Source of the DNA: a virus
Taxonomy: Duplodnaviria > Caudoviricetes
Direction: 5' to 3' (one strand)
DNA length: 64,000 nucleotides
Virus record (IMG/VR): IMGVR_UViG_3300037455_000467
Span: 16,425-80,424 of that record
The notes under the pieces are model-generated. The model had not been told where the DNA came from. It saw nothing but the letters and a program-made list of their open reading frames with translations, and did no database searches. The stretch's first letter is position 1. Each line of letters starts with the position of its first letter. Positions 37,601 to 46,305 of the stretch are shown piece after piece. The position numbers were made by a program, and so were the translations under genes.

Positions 37601-40600
37601 TATGCTGTAATATTTCCAGAACCTTTAGCCCAAAAACTAAAATAATATGTTTTATCTATTGCTGGTTCTATAACATTTGCATACCTTGCAAATTCGCTAT
37701 ACATTAAACTAGATAATAAAGTATTATCCAACTCTCTAACATAGTATCCCGAATCATTTGGAGTATTAGATACATTAGATTCTGCAAAATCTAATGCTCC
37801 ATCCATATATCTTCCGATAGAAATATTATTGCTATCAAGAATTGGACTACCTTTGCTATCCGTTAAATCAATACCAGTAAACACTTTAGTATACTTTAAC
37901 AAATTTCGACCATCAATATAAATATTATTAAATTCAGTTTTAGTAATATAAGTTGCGTCAATATTTGCATAAATACCATCAGTAGCAACTGCTATAGCAG
38001 AATTACGATTAGATGCTTCTATCGATACAAGATTTTCTGTCTCTTGTTTCGTATATACACTTGACGTATCAGCTTTAAGATTAATTGCATTTGCATTCTG
38101 AGTAATATTAGTTTCGGCAGAATTAAGTCTTTCTGAAATAGTTGCAGCTTCAGTTTTAGTATAATAAGTATTACCGACTGTTGTTTTATAAGTGTCAAGG
38201 TCTTGGTATAATTCTGAATATTTGGTCACAATATCTTGCTGACTAGCTGTACCATCATCGTTAGTTCCCATACGAGTAGTAAGATTTCTAATAGTAGCAC
38301 TATTAGTATCAGCAGTTTGTTTAACTTCATTAACTGTATTCGATGTTGTAACAGTTGTGATATTAGTTTGTTGGAATGAATCTCCAACATACGCCATAAG
38401 TTGATTTGTAGATGAGAAACTGCCATTGGTAGCAGAGCTCATAACACCGAGTGGAATATAATAATAATTATCAACTGCTACTGGAATGGTTGTTGTAAGA
38501 TAATTGTTATCAGCTATAGTAAATGTATTGCCAACAACAGTACCCTTAAGATAAATTACTTTATCTTTACTTCCATTTTGAATGATTCCATTGGAACTAT
38601 AATTAATATTAGAAGCCATTAAATCATTATTATTACCTGTACTACCTTGTACAATAGAATCCCGTGAATAAAGAAGTGGATGAGATAAATTAAATGATAC
38701 TCCAGCTCCAATATTCTTATAACCAGAATTTGTACCACAAATTATTCGTCCACTATTAATTGCACTTGCAGCAGTAATATCAGATTCATATCGAGTTCTA
38801 TTATAAGTATCTTCAGTCCAGTAACCAGTAGCTCTCCAATTAGTTCCATCATATGTTAAATTAATAACTGAATTAGCTTCAAACTGTGTTGTTACTCTAC
38901 TATCATTAATATAAATTGGAATAGCTTCACTAAGAGTTCCGTCGCTTAAAGTAAGTCTTAAAGTAGCATTTCCACTTCCCGCATATGGAAGTTTATATGC
39001 AATACTTTTACCAACTTTAATTTCAGAATCTCTAGTTATACCAGTCCATGCTCCTGTTGAACTAGTTTGAGTTCCAATAATATACTCAACACTTTGATCA
39101 AGAGCTGTTTCGGTAATTTCAGTAATTGTAGTAATTGTTGCACTATTTTCAGCTACATCATGAACAAGTTCATTAAAGACATTACTTGTAATCCTAGTTT
39201 CAAGTTCAGTCATTACTAAATCTGTTTTACTTTGAAGTTCACTAGTAGCTGTATCTAAAATTGGTTCAGACCACCCATAAGTACCATCACTAAATTGATA
39301 CTCATAGCAATAAAAATAATAAGGAGTACCAGGATTATAAACTGGAATAAATACATCCCATTTAGTTTGAGTTGCTATTGGTTTGTTAGAGCTATCTAAA
39401 ATATTATACTCAGAATCGTCATCTAAATATTCATAATAAGTACCAGCACCAGTTCTAGAAATATCAGTTGGTGCAGATGGAATTGTATCATTATTACGAA
39501 CAGTCCAAAGTTGAATAGTAGCTTCTATACCAACAAAATTATTTCTATATGTGTCAGATAATCCTCGATCATAAACAACATCTGACCATCCATAAGTGCC
39601 ATCAAGATACTGATATTCATAGCAATAATAGTAATATGGTTTAGACTCATCATAAGGTGGTATAGTAGCATACCAATATTGACAAAGTATAGGATTACCA
39701 TCGCTATCAAGAATATCAAAAGCAAGATTATCGGTTAAGAATTGACCATTAAGTACTGGCTGTTCGGGCTTCCCAGGAGGTGTTTCACTATCGGTGTTAA
39801 TCCAAACCTGTGTTGAACTTACAAGAGATTTATTAGTAGCAGTGACTAAATTGTTATAACTTTGAATAAGACTACCTAATGAAGACTCGGTATTAGTACT
39901 CCACATCTGAATATTGCTGTCAAATTGCTGAATAGCTACAATATTATTCTCGGCAGTAGTAATTCGAGCAAGAGCATCAGATATAGCAGTATCGCGAATT
40001 AGCTGCCATGAATAGACTCCATTAATCTTCGAAAATCGATAGTTATAACCATCATACTCGGAACCAGAATCCATGACATAATACACATCGCCAACATGAG
40101 CATCTTTAAGAGCATCAGTAGTCCAGTCACTTGCAGGATAATTTACAAGTGTAGGAACTGCCGTACCAGTATATGTATCAATAGCACCATCAATGCGAGA
40201 ATTTAGTGTAGCTACAATAGCTTCAATTTCTTCAGCTGTATAAACTTGTTCATTGAGTGAATTAAGAGAAAGAGTACCTTCACCAACAAGCTGACCATTA
40301 ATTGTACCAACTGTAATATTAGATGCATTAAGATTATAAACCCTAATGACACCAGCATTAATTTCGCCAGCTGTTAATTTATTAGCACTAACATCATTAA
40401 TCATAGCATCTGATATAGATGCATCTCTAATTACACCACGATTAATCCATGAATTTTGTACATTTGAAATATCAACAAGTGCATAATGTACATCCAAGTC
40501 ATTAACATCTGCATAACTAATAGTCGCATTATCGATTACACCACGATAAATATGAGCATAATTGGCTTCGAGATCTATAACATCAGCATAGCCAATTTGT

Positions 40601-42165
40601 GCATTGTCAATTACGCCATCAACAATATGAGCATAATTAGCAGCAAGATTATTAACATTAGCTTGATCAATAGTCGCATTATCGATTATACCATTCTGCA
40701 AATGTGCATAATGAGCACTCAAATCTTGAACTCTTGCATAATTAATATAAGCATTATCGATTAAACCAGCAGTAATATGTGCATAATTAGTCGATAAATC
40801 ATTAACGTCCGCATGGTCAATCTTAGCATTATCAATTATACCGTCAACAATATGAGCATAATTAGCTTCAAGGTCATTAACATCAGCATGATTAATAGTT
40901 GCATTATCGATAACTCCATTTGAAATATGAGCATAATCAGCCAGCATAACTTCAGTTTGAAGAACTGCGCTTTTCTCGGCTGCTGATATAGCTTGTGATA
41001 CTCCAGATATAGTTGCAGAACTCTTACCCGTCATGCTACTAGAGCTATCATCACGATAACCAAGATAGTAAACAGTATTATCAGGAGCATCTAATGAAAT
41101 ATCAATCTTATTAATCGGGAACCAACCATCAAGACCATGAGGAGTCGATATACAATGAACAAGTTCAAGCAATTCAAATGACGGCTCGTCATTGATGAGA
41201 TAATGCATATCAATTGCTTTAATCTCCAAATTCATGCTTGCAAATTGGAGTTCACTTAAATATTCATAAGCAAGATCTAAAAGATCACTAGGTTCTTCGA
41301 CATCGGAGAATTGAATAACTTTTTCAACTCGACCATAAATATCAATAGTATCTTGATCTATTACATAAATACTTCCATCATTAACTGATGCAACTGTAAC
41401 ATACTCACGTCGAGTTTCAGTAGTCGTAGTGATTAAAGACTCATCCTCACTATCAGAATCACTTTCCTCAGTCTCTATTTCAATCTGCTTACCAAATGGA
41501 ATAACTACTGTAACTACGTCAGTTATGTTAAAATCTCTCGTAAAATCAAGAAGATTATTGCCAAAGTTAATTTCCTGACTATCTTGATTATAAGTATAGT
41601 CATATAAATAATCAAGATACATTCGATTATCAGAACTACGATATCGAATTCGCATATGGCCATTTGGAATACGATCAAGCAGGTTGGTTTTTATTGCATT
41701 CCAAGTACTTATATAATTAGTTTGATAAATATAAGCACTATCTGAATCATGAACCGTAATATTTCCTGGATAAATTCGCCTATTAGCATCAACTTTAGCG
41801 TTATGAACAGTAAGACAACTTATAAGAAATAGTGCTGGATCAAAATGAATTGGATCACGCGGCTCTTGTGTACTATCATTAAGAAACGCTAAAGAACCCT
41901 CACAAGTATAATTTATGTTATTATAAAAATCTAATTTTTTAGAAATTGGACGACCAATCCAAATTTTATCATCATCTTTTTCTACAATAATAGTTGATAC
42001 AAACAGTTCAACAATATCATACGCTACATTACTTGTAGGCAAAGTAAAAGAAAATGAACCAGCTACACTATCAGCTATTTGTAACTTTGGTGATCCAACA
42101 TGAATGGATTTATCAGGAGAAGATCCATCATGAATTAGAATACTATCACAATAAATACGATACAT
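34657..42165 (-). CDS. large tail spike / Tal-like baseplate hub and host-recognition protein
   Basis: N-terminal siphovirus endopeptidase-tail-like region (QEINFGNNLLDF), beta-helix repeats, two GRN(L/Y)L...DWTAAPED CBM-like modules, TTVIDGGHI repeats. Confidence 0.85.
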   Translation of the reverse strand: MYRIYCDSILIHDGSSPDKSIHVGSPKLQIADSVAGSFSFTLPTSNVAYDIVELFVSTIIVEKDDDKIWIGRPISKKLDFYNNINYTCEGSLAFLNDSTQEPRDPIHFDPALFLISCLTVHNAKVDANRRIYPGNITVHDSDSAYIYQTNYISTWNAIKTNLLDRIPNGHMRIRYRSSDNRMYLDYLYDYTYNQDSQEINFGNNLLDFTRDFNITDVVTVVIPFGKQIEIETEESDSDSEDESLITTTTETRREYVTVASVNDGSIYVIDQDTIDIYGRVEKVIQFSDVEEPSDLLDLAYEYLSELQFASMNLEIKAIDMHYLINDEPSFELLELVHCISTPHGLDGWFPINKIDISLDAPDNTVYYLGYRDDSSSSMTGKSSATISGVSQAISAAEKSAVLQTEVMLADYAHISNGVIDNATINHADVNDLEANYAHIVDGIIDNAKIDHADVNDLSTNYAHITAGLIDNAYINYARVQDLSAHYAHLQNGIIDNATIDQANVNNLAANYAHIVDGVIDNAQIGYADVIDLEANYAHIYRGVIDNATISYADVNDLDVHYALVDISNVQNSWINRGVIRDASISDAMINDVSANKLTAGEINAGVIRVYNLNASNITVGTINGQLVGEGTLSLNSLNEQVYTAEEIEAIVATLNSRIDGAIDTYTGTAVPTLVNYPASDWTTDALKDAHVGDVYYVMDSGSEYDGYNYRFSKINGVYSWQLIRDTAISDALARITTAENNIVAIQQFDSNIQMWSTNTESSLGSLIQSYNNLVTATNKSLVSSTQVWINTDSETPPGKPEQPVLNGQFLTDNLAFDILDSDGNPILCQYWYATIPPYDESKPYYYYCYEYQYLDGTYGWSDVVYDRGLSDTYRNNFVGIEATIQLWTVRNNDTIPSAPTDISRTGAGTYYEYLDDDSEYNILDSSNKPIATQTKWDVFIPVYNPGTPYYFYCYEYQFSDGTYGWSEPILDTATSELQSKTDLVMTELETRITSNVFNELVHDVAENSATITTITEITETALDQSVEYIIGTQTSSTGAWTGITRDSEIKVGKSIAYKLPYAGSGNATLRLTLSDGTLSEAIPIYINDSRVTTQFEANSVINLTYDGTNWRATGYWTEDTYNRTRYESDITAASAINSGRIICGTNSGYKNIGAGVSFNLSHPLLYSRDSIVQGSTGNNNDLMASNINYSSNGIIQNGSKDKVIYLKGTVVGNTFTIADNNYLTTTIPVAVDNYYYIPLGVMSSATNGSFSSTNQLMAYVGDSFQQTNITTVTTSNTVNEVKQTADTNSATIRNLTTRMGTNDDGTASQQDIVTKYSELYQDLDTYKTTVGNTYYTKTEAATISERLNSAETNITQNANAINLKADTSSVYTKQETENLVSIEASNRNSAIAVATDGIYANIDATYITKTEFNNIYIDGRNLLKYTKVFTGIDLTDSKGSPILDSNNISIGRYMDGALDFAESNVSNTPNDSGYYVRELDNTLLSSLMYSEFARYANVIEPAIDKTYYFSFWAKGSGNITAYFYPAQNNETITALTSQNITRTSSDGMIEITLSNTWIRYWIKWNLTNDSIESQQKRNVLLRLYGGNKASIYGLKFEQNNNMSDWTAAPEDYDTYMLTLSDLYERVEQNQHLIEATEKTFISRISETVTINQRYVDELIATEIVNRSSEISQTSSDILARVSEDYTSKGEFNNMQIGGRNYLLNTQAFTGKGYLDSNGKDLIDSNINIIGSSDDRSYSGGYSILDTLKYRDLAIRYLDNTSASSSTYKDFAKFNNVIIPKVGEYYCLGFYAKGVGSLQVIFGSNSNSAKFNILTCQDVEIDNNYNGQANIQLNGEWTKYWVRWFCTESYSEVNRYILLRLYGSNKAYVCGMKFEIGSKATDWTAAPEDGDDYTENYMRKIGDAIVESTEAYVKLTSDNIMSVVSAKTDKGEIISMINQSPENVTINANRINLIGNTAFTSLNNRVDDIDDNKADIMSTVNDYQYIYKSAVSGTNSMAAPTSWVTNTTGNQNIWTSTRPEYNSNYPVLFVAKQTKFANGTINCTTPKKDQTTTVIDGGHITTGTIDAARVAVNQITVGSLKDGSNYSKKSENANKTQIIYKSFSSNQGNIITSSSQIPTYWITDETGYQNRWTTYRPQYSSSYPYLYVATQTLYNDGSLTTTNPKRDETTTVIDGGHILTHSITSTQLDTEHISVTNFQGINNYTKKEDAITDVQYVYYRSYYSSTPSLPSYWVSNTSANNDTWTTYVFQLSSSYYLYQAVQTLYDDGDVRTTLLGLDKINNAIKNIDSLSAVQTIYLRAGSGTSASYINNNYMPSSWVTNDSTTPSSYTWTISRPQYSSSYPVIFMATQMKMSDGSVTTSYPSKDETTTVIDGGHITTGTIDASRVYVTNINADNITSGYINADRIRGGEIDARYIDVTHLDANNITSGYINGDRIEAHTITAGEITYDVLDGLKFGSVKVYNGQTRQTDWALSATVSWVSKDDVWFELTFWNGWLVNVEVN

Positions 42166-43365
42166 TTACTCGGATCCCTCCTCAGTAATTACCATTTTAT
42201 TATCTATTATTTCTATATGTTTATTAAACAATGACGAATATAACTTTAACAATCCTTCTCGTTGATCTTTAGACATTAACTTATGAAAACCACCCATCCA
42301 TGAACGAAACATATTTTCTACGTTCATGTATTCTATTTCTCCAGAATCTATTTTAGCTTTAAGCTTTCTCAGTCTCTTTCTCATAGTAGTAACCCGTTTA
42401 GGATTTATTCGTTTTATGATTTTTCCTGTATTTGTCATTGAATATTTGACTTGTAAATACTTATAAGTTGAAGATAGTTTAGTAATATAAGTCTTTTTAC
42501 AATTAATATGTAATCCTAAAGGCTTACCTATTTCAACTATATTATGAAGTAAATCTAATAATTCTTTTCTAGAATCAGATATAATGTACCAATCATCCAT
42601 ATAGCGGCCATAGTACTTTTGTCCTCGTACTATTTTCACATAATCATCAATTCTATGCGGATAATAAATACCTATCTGTTGAGAAAGTTGATCTCCAATA
42701 GATATTGATTTCGGCATCATTCGTTTTTTAGATCTAGATTTATGTTCTTCTTCATATAGTATCTTATCAAATACTCCGTTATAAATATCATTGTATTCTT
42801 CATCAGTTAAATCGCTAACATCAACTTTAAAACTGTCAAAAATTATATCAAATATCCATGATAAATATGTATCTTGATCTACTAAATCTAATAGTTGTTT
42901 TTTAGCTACTTCATGAAGAATATTATCATAAAATTTACTAAAATCACCAAATAATATCCATCCTTCATTACTACCATGATGCATGTAATATTTTCTCAAA
43001 TGAACTTCAAAACGTTTTCTAGCATGAGAAATACCTCGACCTTTTACAGAAGCTCCATTATCGTAAATAATCTTCTGCTGTATTAAAGGTGCTAAAATAT
43101 CATCGCATAATACATGACGAACTGATCTATCCACTATATTAAAACCATCAACTCGTCTTATTCTGCCTCGTTCAGATAAAAGGAATTGTGATTCCGGCTT
43201 ACTTGTATAAGTTTGATTATCTAAAGAATCAGAAATATCGAATGCTAATGACAAAATGTTATTCCGTGCTCGTTGACTGCTAGGCTTCCAATTACTATTA
43301 GCCGTTGATTTAAGAATGCCATCATAGATAGCATTCGGATCAGTCATGATGTCTTTGTAATTCAT
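42166..43365 (-). CDS. DGR reverse transcriptase
   Basis: GDFSKFYDNI, SIGDQLSQ (DGR-type IGxxxSQ), YGRYMDD; adjacent TR and Avd. Confidence 0.95.
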   Translation of the reverse strand: MNYKDIMTDPNAIYDGILKSTANSNWKPSSQRARNNILSLAFDISDSLDNQTYTSKPESQFLLSERGRIRRVDGFNIVDRSVRHVLCDDILAPLIQQKIIYDNGASVKGRGISHARKRFEVHLRKYYMHHGSNEGWILFGDFSKFYDNILHEVAKKQLLDLVDQDTYLSWIFDIIFDSFKVDVSDLTDEEYNDIYNGVFDKILYEEEHKSRSKKRMMPKSISIGDQLSQQIGIYYPHRIDDYVKIVRGQKYYGRYMDDWYIISDSRKELLDLLHNIVEIGKPLGLHINCKKTYITKLSSTYKYLQVKYSMTNTGKIIKRINPKRVTTMRKRLRKLKAKIDSGEIEYMNVENMFRSWMGGFHKLMSKDQREGLLKLYSSLFNKHIEIIDNKMVITEEGSE

Positions 43366-43528
43366 TTATTCACCGTTCTAGTAGTATCTATCGTAATAGA
43401 CCACATCGGCTTTGTCATTGATTTCGCAGTGACTACGAAAACGGACGCCCTCTCCTTCCTTGGAGCTCCAAATTGTATCTATAGTCCCCCCTTGCGGGGA
43501 ATATAAGACACAGAAAGCTCTAAGTAAT
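43366..43528 (-). ncRNA. DGR TR-RT spacer with stem-loops
   Basis: TCCCC-ccttgc-GGGGA and GTCAyTG-atttcg-CArTGAC hairpins in a non-coding gap. Confidence 0.5.
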
Positions 43529-43616
43529 CAGGACGAACCCCATTAGAATTCGAAGCGTTGTTGTTGTTCGCATTGCCATTGTTGTTCACATTAGCGAAAT
43601 TCGTGCCGGAAACAAC
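43529..43616 (-). repeat. DGR template repeat (TR)
   Basis: 72/88 identical to 44703..44790; AAC-rich; 15 of 16 mismatches at TR adenines. Confidence 0.95.
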
Positions 43617-43622
43617 GCAAAA

Positions 43623-44108
43623 TCATAGAAGACGCCCTTTAAACAATTTCCTATCAGATTTTCTCCATGCTTTTATTAAATGGATTTCTTTATCGAGATG
43701 CTCGATAGAATTACGAAAATAGGAAATATCAACATCAAAGACTCTTGCTACAGATTCTAACTCTGTTTTAATTGCTTGACACTTAGCCAATGCTGTATTC
43801 TGATAAGACAGACGAACATCATATTCACTTTTAAACCTTGGATAAATAATTTTAGCTCCATTAAGATCATCGATCATTTCATTTGCTAAACGATCGATTG
43901 TTTCAGTTTTCTTAAATATAATGTTATCTATTCTATCAGAATTGCCCTCTAAATGAGCGGCATTCTCATACTTTCGTCTTAATGGAGAATGCTTAGACCT
44001 TATACCAAAATCTCTAAGGCATAAGTCAGTAAGTACTTCATGAGTTTTAATAGCATGGGACAGTACTTCCATCTTAGATGGTTTCCTGTCCCCTACATTT
44101 ACCGCCAT
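43623..44108 (-). CDS. avd: DGR accessory variability determinant (Avd/four-helix bundle)
   Basis: 161-aa basic helical ORF directly upstream of TR; ends LIKAWRKSD; EY..RL.YQ..A pattern. Confidence 0.8.
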   Translation of the reverse strand: MAVNVGDRKPSKMEVLSHAIKTHEVLTDLCLRDFGIRSKHSPLRRKYENAAHLEGNSDRIDNIIFKKTETIDRLANEMIDDLNGAKIIYPRFKSEYDVRLSYQNTALAKCQAIKTELESVARVFDVDISYFRNSIEHLDKEIHLIKAWRKSDRKLFKGRLL

Positions 44109-44125
44109 TTTAGAATATCAATGAC

Positions 44126-44260
44126 TTAATACTCTTCACCTGTAATGAGTGTAAACTCCTCAGCCGTAATCCACTCGTGAACAACTGCATCACGAACCTG
44201 AGAAATAGTCCACTTACCTGTACGATAATACTTACGAATCTTTTCAAACTTACTAGACAT
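44126..44260 (-). CDS. XkdX-like small tail protein (not in ORF track)
   Basis: MSSKFEKIRKYYRTGKWT...WITAEEFTLITGEEY. Confidence 0.8.
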   Translation of the reverse strand: MSSKFEKIRKYYRTGKWTISQVRDAVVHEWITAEEFTLITGEEY

Positions 44261-44275
44261 TTTTATCTCCTTTTA

Positions 44276-44653
44276 TTACATATCAATGTCGATATCGGCC
44301 ATCATAGCAATATAATCAAGCTTGGCCTGAATATCAAGTTCCATCTGCTCAAGAGGAGTAACCTGAGAGAAGCAAATCCAATACTCACCTTCAAGCGTAT
44401 GAATCACATTAGCAAATTTCCAATCAGTATGCTCCTCACGACTACCCTGACTATCGATAACAATTATAAGAGAATCATTATCATCCTCGAAAATCTCAGT
44501 ATTAACTGGAGTTGTCGAGACGAATACATCACCATTAGCTATAAGATTAGTAATAGACTGACCATCTGCAAAAGTCAATGTTATCATCTTTACACCTTTA
44601 CTTCCATTTTGAATTATAGGGGAATAAAACTGTGAATTTGTTATCTCAGACAT
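44276..44653 (-). CDS. tail-fibre-associated/chaperone protein
   Basis: ends A.LDYIAMMADIDI, typical neighbour of XkdX. Confidence 0.6.
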   Translation of the reverse strand: MSEITNSQFYSPIIQNGSKGVKMITLTFADGQSITNLIANGDVFVSTTPVNTEIFEDDNDSLIIVIDSQGSREEHTDWKFANVIHTLEGEYWICFSQVTPLEQMELDIQAKLDYIAMMADIDIDM

Positions 44654-44655
44654 AA

Positions 44656-44669
44656 ACGCCTAAAGGCGT
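44656..44669 (-). promoter_or_regulatory. hairpin immediately downstream of VR/target stop (candidate homing cruciform)
   Basis: ACGCCT-AA-AGGCGT, 4 nt after stop codon. Confidence 0.55.
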
Positions 44670-44673
44670 CAGA

Positions 44674-45552
44674 TTAGCTGGTCGTACCCTTAACAGCGAA
44701 GACAGGACGAACCCCATAAGAAACCGAAGCGTTGTTGGTGTGCGCAACGCCAGCGGTGCCCACCGTAGCGAAATCCGCGCCGGAAACAACATCTCGCAAC
44801 CAATAAGTATACCGCATATTAACCATCGCAGAATTCAATCTAAAGAGTGCAAGTTGAGATTTCTCTGTAGTATAGTTTGTAGAATGACAAGACTTAATAC
44901 GACATCCATAAACTTCAATTTCACTCATTAAATCCACAGTAGATGAAGTCCATGCTCCTCCGGTCTCAGCTCCATTAGATACTGTAGTAGGAAGATACTT
45001 CTTAATAGTAGCAAGATAATTGCCAAATGCTGTAGAAATTGCAGTTCTAGCAGTATTAAGAACACTAGAAGCATTAGTATACATCTTTGAGCCAACATAA
45101 GCTCCAGTAGTATCATTTGAATCATTCATCTTATCATTACCGAAAGATGCATCGGGAACGAGAACAATATGGTTAACATTAAAGTCCGTATCGCCAGTTC
45201 TCTTCCAATAATTAAAGTCTGCAATCCTATAAACTTTGTTATTAATGGTCCAATAATCACCAATGAATAAACCGGTAAATGAACCATCTGCAATAGCAGC
45301 TCGCTGAGCAGCCGTCGATGCACCCTCAAAAGTAGTACCTGAACCGAGACTAGCACCTCGATACATACCAGACTTACCATAAGGCTTAGCAGCACCAGCG
45401 GCAGAAAGCTTATCGCCCATTGCCTCAGCAAGAGAAAGTGCAGAAATTTTTCTAGAACCATTAGTACCATCAAGAATAAACACATCAGCATCAGCCAATG
45501 ATGGAGTACCCTGCGAAGATGTAGAAGCATTATACTCTGTAATTCGTGGCAT
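44674..45552 (-). CDS. DGR target protein (receptor-binding, C-type-lectin-like C-terminus)
   Basis: C-terminal YWLRDVVS...GVRPVFAV contains the VR. Confidence 0.9.
   Translation of the reverse strand: MPRITEYNASTSSQGTPSLADADVFILDGTNGSRKISALSLAEAMGDKLSAAGAAKPYGKSGMYRGASLGSGTTFEGASTAAQRAAIADGSFTGLFIGDYWTINNKVYRIADFNYWKRTGDTDFNVNHIVLVPDASFGNDKMNDSNDTTGAYVGSKMYTNASSVLNTARTAISTAFGNYLATIKKYLPTTVSNGAETGGAWTSSTVDLMSEIEVYGCRIKSCHSTNYTTEKSQLALFRLNSAMVNMRYTYWLRDVVSGADFATVGTAGVAHTNNASVSYGVRPVFAVKGTTS
44703..44790 (-). repeat. DGR variable repeat (VR)
   Basis: VVSGADFATVGTAGVAHTNNASVSYGVRP versus TR VVSGTNFANVNNNGNANNNNASNSNGVRP. Confidence 0.95.
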
Positions 45553-46304
45553 TATAACTCTCCTTTTCTAAAACTTACTGTTACTTGTCCTGATCCAAAT
45601 AAGTTTAATACACATGTATTATTATCGCTCATCATAGACAGGATTAGATCATAAAATTTATAATTACCATTACTAGTTATTTGTTTTGTCAAATCAATTA
45701 TTCCAAGTTCTGTATTAGTTAATGATACTGTTATACCAGTACTATCAGTATTTGATACAGATATCAATGGAACAACTGGCATTGCACCAAGATCATTAGT
45801 ATTAAATGATAATACAGTCGATCCCTGAGAACTAGTTTTAGTAAAAGTTTTATCGGTTTTGTAATACTTATAAGGATCTACGTCATATTCGATAGTAACT
45901 TCAGACCAGGTTCGATTGTTATTAGATTTCCAATTTCTAATTAACCAATGGCCTTCATAGTAATAATCAGGATCATCCTCTAAGTATGCTCGAACTCTTT
46001 TCCCATTAATACTCCTTGTTATCATTTCCAAAATATCCATCCAGCTATAGCCTTGATGATCATTAAGAACAGCAAAATCTAATGAACCAGATCGATTTTC
46101 ATAAACTGGATACTTTGTTAAAATATAAGTCAGATCAAGTTTTCCACTAGCACCAGGAATCTCAGCATAATTAGTTTTTTGAGCAGGAAGTTCTATTACT
46201 GGTCTAGAAGTTGGTACTAAAAACCAATCTTCATAAGTATTATAAGTACCAATAATAGTATCACTTACAGCATTCATTACATCAAATTTTACACTGTAGT
46301 ACAT
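45552..46304 (-). CDS. distal tail protein (Dit)
   Basis: follows tape measure; IPGASG.LDL, DDPDYYYEG, EYDVDPYKY. Confidence 0.8.
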   Translation of the reverse strand: MYYSVKFDVMNAVSDTIIGTYNTYEDWFLVPTSRPVIELPAQKTNYAEIPGASGKLDLTYILTKYPVYENRSGSLDFAVLNDHQGYSWMDILEMITRSINGKRVRAYLEDDPDYYYEGHWLIRNWKSNNNRTWSEVTIEYDVDPYKYYKTDKTFTKTSSQGSTVLSFNTNDLGAMPVVPLISVSNTDSTGITVSLTNTELGIIDLTKQITSNGNYKFYDLILSMMSDNNTCVLNLFGSGQVTVSFRKGEL

Positions 46305-46305
46305 A

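Larger units (their letters stand above)
42166..45552 (-). mobile_element. diversity-generating retroelement (target-VR, avd, TR, RT)
   Basis: all canonical components present in order. Confidence 0.93.

Noticed and set aside
42166-43365. RT as a group II intron, retron or Abi RT
   Set aside because: No maturase/endonuclease domains or msr-msd; TR/VR pair and Avd identify a DGR
43560-43590. (GTT)n / AAC run as a microsatellite or CRISPR-like repeat
   Set aside because: It is the AAC-rich core of the DGR template repeat; no regularly spaced repeat-spacer array was seen anywhere in the window
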